A DNA stretch of 64,000 nt from Rhodospirillales bacterium (GTDB lineage: Bacteria; Pseudomonadota; Alphaproteobacteria; Rhodospirillales; JASLLZ01). The notes beneath the pieces are model-generated. The model was given only the letters and a program-made list of their open reading frames with translations. It made no database searches and was not told the origin of the DNA. The translations under genes and the position numbers were made by a program. Below, piece by piece: positions 36,544-44,896 of the stretch (within the stretch, counting starts at the first letter, position 1; every line of letters begins with the position of its first letter). The stretch lies in NCBI GenBank assembly GCA_030754885.1, contig JASLZL010000089.1:7692-71691 (forward strand), in the 5' to 3' direction.

Positions 36544-38252
36544 CGCCCGTCGGCGAGAATGGCGTCGGCCATCTTCTCGGCAATCATGATGGTGGGCAAG
36601 TTGGTGTTGGCGCGCGGAACGAACGGCATGACCGAGGCATCGACGACCCTGAGCCCGGCGCAACCACGGACCCGTCCCGCCGGGTCGGTGACCGCCATCG
36701 CATCACCCGGCGCCCCCATCTTGCAGGTGCCCGACGCATGCCAGTTGCCGGTCACCACGTCGCGGATATGGGCTTCCATGGCATCGTCGTCGGCAAGCAG
36801 GTCTGAAAGCGTCTTACCATCGGTGATCAGGCCCCGGACCAGCAAACAGCGCAGCGCGCCGGGGCCGTCCATCATTCCGGCCAGGATGCCGGTTAAAACC
36901 CAGTTGCGAAGGTTGACGGTGCTGACGGCCTTGGCCCGGGGGCTCCAGCTCGACGGGAACGGATCGCGGGCCTGGGCCTTGAGCGGCGGCGTCTCGAAAA
37001 GCCCGGCCAGAAAGCGCAGGCCGAACTTCAGCCGGTCCATATCGCGGCGGTCGGCGAGAAAGTTGAACTCGACTTCCGGCATGGCACGCCAGTCGGCCGA
37101 GGCCAGGCCCACCTGACCGCGCGAATAGGATTTGTTGGCCCACAGCTGCAGGGAGCCGAGGCGCCGCCCCAGGGGATGCCAGGCCGACTTGGCGATTGTC
37201 GAGATGGCCATGTCGCCGGGAGGGCAGTCGCCGTGCCCGGACGAGAAGCGCAACTGGATCTGGATATGGCGCCGCGTCCGCGGGTCAAGCCTGGCCGACC
37301 CCGGCAGGTAGGCAGAGACGGCGATGGTGGGATGCTCGTGCAAGTTCTGGCCGACGCCGGGCGCCGCCGTCACCACCTCGATCCCCATTGCGCGCAGGTG
37401 GTCGGGCGGGCCGACGCCCGAGCGCATGAGAAGCGCCGGAGATTGGAGCGCACCGGCGCTGAGGATGACCTCGCGACCGCGAACCTCCATCGAAGCACCG
37501 CCGTGAAAGACGCTTAAGCCCGTGACCTGGGCGCCGTCGAAGCGCACCCGTTCCACTTGGGCGTCCGACAGGATGGTCAGGTTGTCGCGCTGGCGGACGG
37601 TCGGCGTCAGATAGGCGATCGCGGTGGTGACGCGGCGGTCGTAAGCGTTGGTGATGGGGATTGGGAAATGGCCCTCGAAATGCTCGCCATTCATGTCAGG
37701 CCGGTAGGGATAGCCGGCCAGGGCATAGGCCTCGCCGACCGCCTTGATAAAGCCCGACCACTGGTCGGGAAAAAGGCGGCGAATGGATAGAGGCCCGCCC
37801 CGGCCGTGGGTCGGTCCGTCGAAATCCAGATCGTGTTCGAGCTTGCGGAAATAGGGCAGTACCGACTCCCATCCCCAGCCGGCGGCACCCATTTCTTGCC
37901 ATTCGTCATAGTCGCCGGGGTGACCCCGGTTGGCCACCTGTCCGTTGATCGCCGAACCACCACCCATGACACGGCCCTGTTCGTACTGGCGCTTGGGCGG
38001 ACGCTCCGGTGCATTGTGGGAGAGGGGCTGCAAGTAGACGAATAGGTCGGTCCAGCGGTAGGCCGGCTTGAAGAAAGCCTGAACGGGATAGCTGTCCAGG
38101 ATGTCCTCGGGCACGCGCCCCGGCGGTGTGTCGGGACCCGCCTCAATCAACAGAACCTTGGTGGCGGAGCGGGCCGAGAGCCTGTTTGCCAGCACGCAGC
38201 CCGCCGAGCCGCCGCCAACAATGATGACGTCATAGGTTTGCTGCCAATCCAT
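36540..38252 (-). CDS. GMC-family (choline-dehydrogenase-like) oxidoreductase, tandem copy 1
   Basis: Starts MDWQQTYDVIIVGGGSAGCVLANRLS, with MGGGSAINGQ, the HASGTCKMG active-site region and a C-terminal NTNLPTIMIAEK. Collinear with copy 2 along the whole length. Confidence 0.88.
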   Translation of the reverse strand: MDWQQTYDVIIVGGGSAGCVLANRLSARSATKVLLIEAGPDTPPGRVPEDILDSYPVQAFFKPAYRWTDLFVYLQPLSHNAPERPPKRQYEQGRVMGGGSAINGQVANRGHPGDYDEWQEMGAAGWGWESVLPYFRKLEHDLDFDGPTHGRGGPLSIRRLFPDQWSGFIKAVGEAYALAGYPYRPDMNGEHFEGHFPIPITNAYDRRVTTAIAYLTPTVRQRDNLTILSDAQVERVRFDGAQVTGLSVFHGGASMEVRGREVILSAGALQSPALLMRSGVGPPDHLRAMGIEVVTAAPGVGQNLHEHPTIAVSAYLPGSARLDPRTRRHIQIQLRFSSGHGDCPPGDMAISTIAKSAWHPLGRRLGSLQLWANKSYSRGQVGLASADWRAMPEVEFNFLADRRDMDRLKFGLRFLAGLFETPPLKAQARDPFPSSWSPRAKAVSTVNLRNWVLTGILAGMMDGPGALRCLLVRGLITDGKTLSDLLADDDAMEAHIRDVVTGNWHASGTCKMGAPGDAMAVTDPAGRVRGCAGLRVVDASVMPFVPRANTNLPTIMIAEKMADAILADGR

Positions 38253-38300
38253 GCCCGAATGTTCCCCGTAATTCCCGATCGACGCGGCGCCCGCTGATAG

Positions 38301-39032
38301 TCAGTCGCCGCGCTCTTTCCGCCAGCGTTCGTAGTCGGCCAGGGCGGCCTCATTAGGCGGGTAAAGATCGTTGATCGAGCCGCCCTCACCGATCTTCTCG
38401 AAAATATAGGTCTCCATGTGCTCTTGGTCGGCCGCGCCCTCGGCTATTTCGTCGGCGAGGGGCGAGGGAATGACGATGACCCCTTCTATGTCGCCGACAA
38501 GAATATCGCCGGGCAAGACGGTAACGCCGCCGCAGGCGATGGGCTGCTGATCGTCGAGCGCTTGGTGGACGATCATCGAATAAGGCGCCGTTACGTCGGC
38601 GCAGAAGACCGGAAAGTCCTGCTGGCTGACCGCCGCGCTATCGCGCACGGCGCCGTCGGTGCACAGACCCGCCACGCCGCGCACCCTGAGCCGTTCGACC
38701 AAGATGTCGCCGACGATGCCGCCCCGAGTGTCGCCCCGGCAGTCAAAGACCGCCACGTGGCCCGGCGGCGTTGCCTCAATCACCTTGCGATGCGGAAATT
38801 CGGGATCGGTGATGAAGGCGAGCTCGGTAATGTCTTCGCGCGCCGGCACCATGCGCACCGTATAGGCCGGTCCGACGAAGCGCGCCGCCTTCGGGTTCAA
38901 GGGCCGCGGGGTCTGCATATAGGTGCTGCGCAGGCCGCGCTTGACCAGTTGGCTCGACAGGGTGGCGGTGGCGACTTGGCCCAGCAGTTCCCGGGTCGCG
39001 TCGCTGAGCGGCATCGGATCATAGAACTTCAT
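38301..39032 (-). CDS. RraA-family protein (4-hydroxy-4-methyl-2-oxoglutarate aldolase / oxaloacetate decarboxylase-like)
   Basis: 243 aa. Contains ...GHVAVFDCRGDTRGGIVGDILVERLRVRGVAGLCTDGAVRDS... and ..GDILVGDIEGVIVIP.., typical of the RraA/HMG-aldolase fold. Confidence 0.8.
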   Translation of the reverse strand: MKFYDPMPLSDATRELLGQVATATLSSQLVKRGLRSTYMQTPRPLNPKAARFVGPAYTVRMVPAREDITELAFITDPEFPHRKVIEATPPGHVAVFDCRGDTRGGIVGDILVERLRVRGVAGLCTDGAVRDSAAVSQQDFPVFCADVTAPYSMIVHQALDDQQPIACGGVTVLPGDILVGDIEGVIVIPSPLADEIAEGAADQEHMETYIFEKIGEGGSINDLYPPNEAALADYERWRKERGD

Positions 39033-39149
39033 GACTTCCCCCTGACTTTTCCCGCGACCAAACAGGTCTTCTTCTTGATGTACGCAACATGCGCTATCCT
39101 TGGCGGACGGGCAAGACCAACGGACAGCAACAAATCAGAGAGGCTTGCC

Positions 39150-40019
39150 ATGGAAATGGAACACGCATCGGAGCCGCCTGCCCCTGGGTGGTGGCGGTCG
39201 ACGGTCTTGAGCCTGTGCCTCACCCTGGCGACGATACAACCGAGCGGTGCCGCCGGATTGGGGGCGGGTGTTGTCGCCCAGGCGACGGATGCGAGAACCT
39301 GCGCGTTTGGCATGGTGCGCCAAGCCCCGGCCTTTCGGACGGTGTCGCTAAAGAAGGCGGCGGCGCCGTGGGGGCATGTGCGGCTGACCTACCGGGGGCA
39401 TTCGGGATTCCTCATCGAAACGCCCGGCGGGGCCTCGGTGGTGACCGACGACAACGGGGTCCATGTGCCGCTCAACCCACCCGACATCGTGACCATGAAC
39501 AATTCCCACTCTAGCCACTACACGGACGTCGTTGATCCCGTGGTGCGCTTCGTGCTGCGTGGCTGGGACCCGGCCGGCGGCGTCGCCGAGCACGACATCG
39601 AATGGCAAGACCTCAGGGTCTTCAACGTGCCGACCAACGTCTTCGAGAGCGGCAGCGGACTGACCAACGGCAATTCCATTTTTGTCTTCCAAACGGCCGG
39701 GCTGTGTCTGGGGCACCTGGGGCACCTTCATCACGTCTTGGGACCCAACCAGCTCAGGCGGTTGGGCCGCATCGACGTCTTGTTCGTTCCCATCGACGGC
39801 TCCATGACCATGAGCCACGACGAAGCGCTCGGCGTTATCGAGCAGATATCGCCCAAACTGGTCGTGCCCATGCATTTCCAGTTCCCGGGCTCGGCCGAAG
39901 CCTTCACCGCCCGCGCCCAGGAATTTTATAAGGTGAAGACCATCGACGGCCCGACCGTGGAGATCTCGCGCCGTACCCTGCCGGCAAGCACCGAGGTGGT
40001 ATTCCTGCGCCCCTATTAG
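39150..40019 (+). CDS. MBL-fold metallo-hydrolase (Lactamase_B_3-like), probably secreted
   Basis: From ATG 39150 (RBS AGAGAGG). Has an N-terminal hydrophobic/Ala-rich signal-like segment, then RLTYRGHSGFLIETPGG, TMNNSHSSHY, LGHLGHLHH and PMHF. The first 244 codons of the track ORF (38418..) are antisense to the RraA-like gene. Confidence 0.7.
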   Translation: MEMEHASEPPAPGWWRSTVLSLCLTLATIQPSGAAGLGAGVVAQATDARTCAFGMVRQAPAFRTVSLKKAAAPWGHVRLTYRGHSGFLIETPGGASVVTDDNGVHVPLNPPDIVTMNNSHSSHYTDVVDPVVRFVLRGWDPAGGVAEHDIEWQDLRVFNVPTNVFESGSGLTNGNSIFVFQTAGLCLGHLGHLHHVLGPNQLRRLGRIDVLFVPIDGSMTMSHDEALGVIEQISPKLVVPMHFQFPGSAEAFTARAQEFYKVKTIDGPTVEISRRTLPASTEVVFLRPY

Positions 40020-40145
40020 GGTTGATGGTATCGTGCCGTCGGCTGGGTACGCCACCGTCAGGTTTCCGGCTACGATCGGTGCTTGCGCCGGGGTCGTTAA
40101 AATACCAATTGCCGTCGAGAGCGACATTTTCGGAAAGGATCGGGA

Positions 40146-40607
40146 ATGACAGTGAGAGGCGTAGACGTGGTTGATGGATTGGCCCTTCTGATCCTACGGA
40201 TTGGGCTGATTTGGTTTATCTTCCTCTGGGCAATTCACAAGATCATTGCACCAGTACAATACCAAAATCTTGCGCGGTATTTTGATGGCGTCGACATCAG
40301 TTTGTTGCAAGTCCACGGACTTGGCGCGGTACAGATCCTCATATGCGTGCTCGCGCTGCTCGGCATTTTTCGGCACTTCTCCTATGGCGCCCTCGCGCTC
40401 ATGCATTTATTCACTGTCACCCGTCGTTGGGAAGGAATTTTCGATCCGTTCTCCGTCAACGATAACGGGTTTCCAGTCAACCGAAATCAAGTTATCGACC
40501 TGGCCGTGTTGGGCGCGTTCATTGCGTTGATTCTGCTCATTCACCGCGATCATTTCAGTCTCAGTGCATGGTTTAGGTCGAAAGGAATGTCGAGCCGGTG
40601 GGTCTAA
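40146..40607 (+). CDS. hypothetical 4-TM membrane protein (DoxX-like?)
   Basis: 153 aa with four hydrophobic helices. G+C is visibly lower than its flanks. No secure family assignment. Confidence 0.45.
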   Translation: MTVRGVDVVDGLALLILRIGLIWFIFLWAIHKIIAPVQYQNLARYFDGVDISLLQVHGLGAVQILICVLALLGIFRHFSYGALALMHLFTVTRRWEGIFDPFSVNDNGFPVNRNQVIDLAVLGAFIALILLIHRDHFSLSAWFRSKGMSSRWV

Positions 40608-40612
40608 AAATA

Positions 40613-40757
40613 GGATTTTGTAAGGATTCTGGGGGATGCCAGCCCGGTTGTGAAAGCATTGGTGTTAAATATGGAGAAACGGATTGTCGAGTTGACGGAA
40701 GAACTCGAAGTCAACGAAACCAAAGCCGGTTGGCGTCAATGGCACAAACATAGCTAA
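40613..40757 (+). pseudogene. 3' fragment of a paralogue of the cNMP-binding gene at 42579..42986
   Basis: 145 nt align without gaps to 42842-42986 (27 mismatches by hand count). They translate to DFVRILGDASPVVKALVLNMEKRIVELTEELEVNETKAGWRQWHKHS*, compared with DFLRILEDANPVVKALVLNLGKRIVELTDELEVNETKASWRQWQKHK*. No N-terminal part is present. Confidence 0.75.
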
Positions 40758-40817
40758 TAACGCATCGACCTTGTGTCACGGGAGGATGAATTGGGTGAAT
40801 GACGTTCTTTTTCGCAA

Positions 40818-40973
40818 CTTCACCGCCCGCGCCCAGGAACTTTATAAGGTGAAGACCATCGACGGCCCGACCGTGGAGATCTCGCGCCGCACCCTGCCGG
40901 CAACCACCGAGGTGGTGTTCTTGCGTCCTTACTAAGGTATGAACACGGATGGATTGTGAAGAGACATTTGAAA
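40818..40973 (+). repeat. orphan copy of the MBL-fold gene 3' end (118 nt) plus 38-nt downstream linker
   Basis: 40818-40935 aligns to 39902-40019 with 9 mismatches in 118, eight of them third-codon positions. 40878-40973 is repeated at 42470-42565 with a single mismatch. Confidence 0.85.
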
Positions 40974-41013
40974 CGGAATGACACGGACCACCGAAGGAAT
41001 GCGCGGCCTTGCG

Positions 41014-42252
41014 TCAGGTAAAAATTCGCCGCGACTTGGGCTGCCCCAACAAGAGCCAAAATACGATCGACATATTGAGGAGATTCCAGCCTATACCGTT
41101 CAGGAAGGCGGCCTGATAGGACCCTGTCAGGTCGTATATCTCCCCCGATATCCAGCCGCCCAACGCCATGCCAACAAGATTGGCCATAAGAACGAGGCTT
41201 ACGCGCGCACCGGCTTCCTTGGCGGGAAAGTACTCCCGGACGATGAACGCATAACTCGGCACGATACCGCCCTGAGAAAGTCCGAAAAAAGCCGAGACGA
41301 CGTAGAGCGAGGCCAAGCCGTCAAAGGGAAGGTAGAACACCAACGCCATGCATTGCAGCGTCGACCCCAGCATGAGAGTGCCGACGCCGCCGATTTTGTC
41401 CGCGATTATCCCCGATACCAATCGACTGACGATGCCGAGCCCCAGCATGAGCGATAGCATCTCCGCCCCTCGTGCAGCGCCGTAACCCAGATCGCTACTA
41501 TAGGCGACCAGGTGGACCTGCGGCATGGACATGGCGACGCAGCACGCTATGGCGGCGACCACCAATATTGTCTGCAGGGTTCGCCGCGAGACATTCAGCG
41601 TGAACCGATTTCCATTTCCATTGCCATCGCCCGTACGGACGTCGAGGCTTGGCCGCCGGCGCAAAAGGAAAGCCAGCGGGATCATGCTAACAAGGCAGAA
41701 TACGCCGACCCCCATATGGGTGCTACGCCATCCATGGTGCTCGATGCCATAGGTCAATATCGGCGGCCAGATTGTTCCCGACAGAAAATTTCCACTGGCG
41801 ACAACGGCGATCGCGATACCGCGACGTCTATCGAACCAATGGGTCACATCGGCGACAAGCGGGGCAAAGGATGCCGAACTTCCAAGCATGCCGATAAACA
41901 GGGCGTGGATGATCGTGAATTGCCATGAACTCACGGCGTGGGCCGCGGCAATATAACCGGTGCCCAACATCGTCGAACCCACCAGCAGTGGCACGAAGAC
42001 ACCGTATTTGTCCGCGATACGGCCCATAAAAATGCCGCCAAGGGCAAAGCCGAGCATGGTCGCCATATAGGGTAACGAGGCGCCCCCGCGATCGATCCCG
42101 AATTCAACCTCGATCGTTGGCAGGACAACGACAACGGACCACAGTCCGATGCCCCCAATCGTGCTCATTACCAAAGATACTAAGAGACGCCACCAGGAAT
42201 AGGCTCCATCGGTCTCGGTCGCCAAAATTCTTGTTTGTTCGTGTTCCGACAT
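41014..42252 (-). CDS. MFS transporter
   Basis: 412 aa, 12 predicted helices, with an MFS loop motif region (GRIADKYG). G+C is lower than the window average by eye. Confidence 0.85.
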   Translation of the reverse strand: MSEHEQTRILATETDGAYSWWRLLVSLVMSTIGGIGLWSVVVVLPTIEVEFGIDRGGASLPYMATMLGFALGGIFMGRIADKYGVFVPLLVGSTMLGTGYIAAAHAVSSWQFTIIHALFIGMLGSSASFAPLVADVTHWFDRRRGIAIAVVASGNFLSGTIWPPILTYGIEHHGWRSTHMGVGVFCLVSMIPLAFLLRRRPSLDVRTGDGNGNGNRFTLNVSRRTLQTILVVAAIACCVAMSMPQVHLVAYSSDLGYGAARGAEMLSLMLGLGIVSRLVSGIIADKIGGVGTLMLGSTLQCMALVFYLPFDGLASLYVVSAFFGLSQGGIVPSYAFIVREYFPAKEAGARVSLVLMANLVGMALGGWISGEIYDLTGSYQAAFLNGIGWNLLNMSIVFWLLLGQPKSRRIFT

Positions 42253-42469
42253 GGGGCTGCATCTTAATACACTGGTTGAAAAGCGAAGGAAATCGACCTG
42301 CGATTCCTACATTACCAAGTCATGTGCTGCGCGCACCTTCGCCCTCCAGAACAAGACCCCGCTGCTCCTCGGGGTGGCTATGCGTGGCCGCTTTGGCGTT
42401 GGCCGGAACCTCGACCACAGACAACATGACGTTCTCGCCACAAAAAACCCGGGTGGAGATGCCACCGCT

Positions 42470-42565
42470 GATCTCGCGCCGCACCCTGCCGGCAACCACC
42501 GAGGTGGTGTTCTTGCGTCCTTACTAAGTTATGAACACGGATGGATTGTGAAGAGACATTTGAAA
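42470..42565 (+). repeat. second orphan copy of MBL-gene 3' end (last ~58 nt) plus linker, directly upstream of the cNMP-binding gene
   Basis: GATCTCGCGCCGCACCCTGCCGGCAACCACCGAGGTGGTGTTCTTGCGTCCTTACTAAG[T]TATGAACACGGATGGATTGTGAAGAGACATTTGAAA is identical to 40878-40973 except for one base (G/T). Confidence 0.85.
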
Positions 42566-42578
42566 TCAAGGATAGGCA

Positions 42579-42986
42579 ATGTCAGATTCGGAACCTCTAA
42601 AAAGTATTCAGTTTGCGACGAACGATGTCGTCTTCCACAAAGGAGACGTGGGAGATGCCGCATATATGGTGACCAAAGGGGAAGTCGAAATACGCCGCGG
42701 TCTCATTGGGTATTCCTCACGCGCGCTAACGACTATTCAAAGGGGCGGAACCTTTGGCGAGTTGGCATTATGCCTGGACAGCCCGCGCACGGCGTCGGCG
42801 ATCGCCACCAAAAACACCGAAGTTATCGCCGTTTCCCAAGACGATTTTCTAAGGATTCTGGAGGATGCGAACCCCGTCGTGAAGGCCTTGGTGTTGAATC
42901 TCGGGAAGCGGATCGTCGAGCTGACGGATGAGCTTGAGGTTAACGAAACCAAAGCCAGCTGGCGTCAATGGCAAAAGCATAAGTAA
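42579..42986 (+). CDS. stand-alone cyclic-nucleotide-binding domain protein
   Basis: 135 aa. Contains FHKGDVGDAAYMVTKGEVEI...GGTFGELAL....PRTASAIA, the cNMP-binding (CAP effector) signature. No DNA-binding or other output domain. Confidence 0.8.
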   Translation: MSDSEPLKSIQFATNDVVFHKGDVGDAAYMVTKGEVEIRRGLIGYSSRALTTIQRGGTFGELALCLDSPRTASAIATKNTEVIAVSQDDFLRILEDANPVVKALVLNLGKRIVELTDELEVNETKASWRQWQKHK

Positions 42987-43102
42987 CAGCGCCTCTAATT
43001 TATTGCCGCAGTCACAGCGCCGTCAGTTGCCGGGCACGCCCGGGCAACGCTATAGTCAGCCCGCTATCCCACCGATTGTCCACATAGGCCAGGAACCAAT
43101 TC

Positions 43103-44887
43103 ATGTCCGGATTCACCACACGCCCCGAGATTCTGGGAACCTTCGGCGTCGTCACCTCGACTCACTGGCTGGCCTCGGCCACCGGCATGGCTATCTTGGA
43201 AAAGGGCGGCAACGCCTTTGACGCCGCCGTTGCCACCGGCTTTGCCCTACAAGTTGTCGAGCCCCATTTGTGCGGCCCGGCAGGCGAGACACCGATCTTG
43301 CTTTCGGCGGCCGGTTCGGACGCGGTCAAGGTGATCTGCGGCCAGGGCACGGCGCCGGCGGCGGCAACCATCGCCGCCTACCGCGACCAGGGTCTCGATC
43401 TGGTGCCGGGCTCGGGATTGTTGTCCGCCGTGGTGCCGGGAGCCTTCGATGCCTGGATGCTGCTGTTACGCGATTACGGCACCATGCGCTTGGCTGACGT
43501 TCTGGAACCCGCCATTGCCTTCGCCCAAGCGGGCTATCCCGTGGTCCCCAATGTCTCCAATACCATCGCCGAGGTGAGTGCGCTGTTCCGCGACGAATGG
43601 CCGACCTCTGCCGCGATCTACCTCAAGGGCGGCGACGTTCCGGCGCCCGGCAGTATCTTCTCCAATCCCGACCTGGCGGCCACCTACCGGCGCATCATCG
43701 ATGAGGCCAAGGGCGGCGACCGGGTGGCCGAAATCGAGGCCGCGCGCCGCGTCTGGTCCCAGGGCTTCATTGCCGAGACCATCGACCGCTTCTGCCGCGA
43801 GACCGAGGCCATGGACGTCTCGGGCGAGCGCCACCGGGGACTGTTGAGCGGCACCGACATGGCGGATTGGCAAGCGACCTACGAAGATCCCCTTACCTAC
43901 GACTATCACGGGTATACCGTGTGCAAGACGGGCCCCTGGGGCCAAGGGCCGGTGTGTCTGCAACAGCTGGCCCTTCTCAAGGGTTTCGATCTTGGTGGCA
44001 TGAGTGCCCAAGACCCCGACTTCGTCCATGTCGTCACCGAATGCGCCAAGCTTGCCTTCGCCGACCGCGAGGCTTTTTACGGCGATCCCGATTTCGTCAC
44101 AGTGCCGACCGATACCCTGCTTGGCGACGCCTACAACGACGCCCGGCGCAAATTGGTAAGCGACGACGCCTCTTTGGAAATTCGTCCGGGCGAGATCGCC
44201 GGCCACGGCGGCAAGGTAGTGGTACGCGAGAAGGGCACCACCGAGAGCCTCGGCGCCCTTGGCGCCGGGGAGCCGACGGTCAAGCGCTTTGATGAATCAG
44301 AGGTGCGCGGAGACACCGTCCACTTCGACATCATCGACCGCCACGGCAACATGGTTTCGGCGACGCCGTCTGGCGGTTGGCTGCAGTCGAGCCCGGTGGT
44401 CGAGGGCCTCGGTTTTTGTCTTACCAGCCGGGCCCAGATGTTCTGGCTCGAAGAAGGCCTGCCGGCCAGCCTGGAACCGTGCAAGCGGCCGCGCACCACC
44501 CTCACGCCAAGCCTGGCACTGCGCGACGGCACGCCCTACATGGTTTTCGGCACGCCGGGCGGCGATCAGCAGGACCAATGGTGCCTGCACCTCTTTTTGC
44601 GCCACGTCCACTTCGGCATGAATTTGCAGGAATCCATTGACGCACCAGGTTTCCAGACCGAGCATTTTCCGGGCTCCTTCTATCCCCGCGAATGCGACCT
44701 CGGCCACCTGGCCCTTGAGGGCCGCTTTCCCGACGCCACCCGCAAAGAACTGGAAGGACGCGGCCACCGGGTTCAGATCGACGAAGACTGGGCGCTTGGG
44801 CGCATGACGGCGGCGGCCAAGGATGGCTCCATGCTCAAGGCCGGCGCCAACCCGCGCTTCATGCAGGGTTACGCCATCGGCCGCTAA
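43103..44887 (+). CDS. gamma-glutamyltransferase family protein
   Basis: 594 aa. The N-terminus has GVVTSTHWLASATGMAILEKGGNAFDAAVA. The likely Thr nucleophile region is GDTVHFDIIDRHGNMVSATPS. GTPGGD is near the C-terminus. Confidence 0.88.
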   Translation: MSGFTTRPEILGTFGVVTSTHWLASATGMAILEKGGNAFDAAVATGFALQVVEPHLCGPAGETPILLSAAGSDAVKVICGQGTAPAAATIAAYRDQGLDLVPGSGLLSAVVPGAFDAWMLLLRDYGTMRLADVLEPAIAFAQAGYPVVPNVSNTIAEVSALFRDEWPTSAAIYLKGGDVPAPGSIFSNPDLAATYRRIIDEAKGGDRVAEIEAARRVWSQGFIAETIDRFCRETEAMDVSGERHRGLLSGTDMADWQATYEDPLTYDYHGYTVCKTGPWGQGPVCLQQLALLKGFDLGGMSAQDPDFVHVVTECAKLAFADREAFYGDPDFVTVPTDTLLGDAYNDARRKLVSDDASLEIRPGEIAGHGGKVVVREKGTTESLGALGAGEPTVKRFDESEVRGDTVHFDIIDRHGNMVSATPSGGWLQSSPVVEGLGFCLTSRAQMFWLEEGLPASLEPCKRPRTTLTPSLALRDGTPYMVFGTPGGDQQDQWCLHLFLRHVHFGMNLQESIDAPGFQTEHFPGSFYPRECDLGHLALEGRFPDATRKELEGRGHRVQIDEDWALGRMTAAAKDGSMLKAGANPRFMQGYAIGR

Positions 44888-44896
44888 AGGAGCGAC

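Noticed and set aside
38418-39149. First 244 codons of the 533-aa ORF 38418..40019
   Set aside because: It is antisense to the RraA-like gene. The MBL-fold protein begins at ATG 39150, which has its own RBS and a signal-like N-terminus.
40936-40973. CRP/FNR-type operator in the repeated linker (TTGTGAAGAGACATTTGAAA) upstream of the cNMP-binding gene
   Set aside because: Only one TGTGA half-site is present and there is no matching TCACA half 6 nt away. The cNMP-binding protein also lacks a DNA-binding domain. The support is insufficient.
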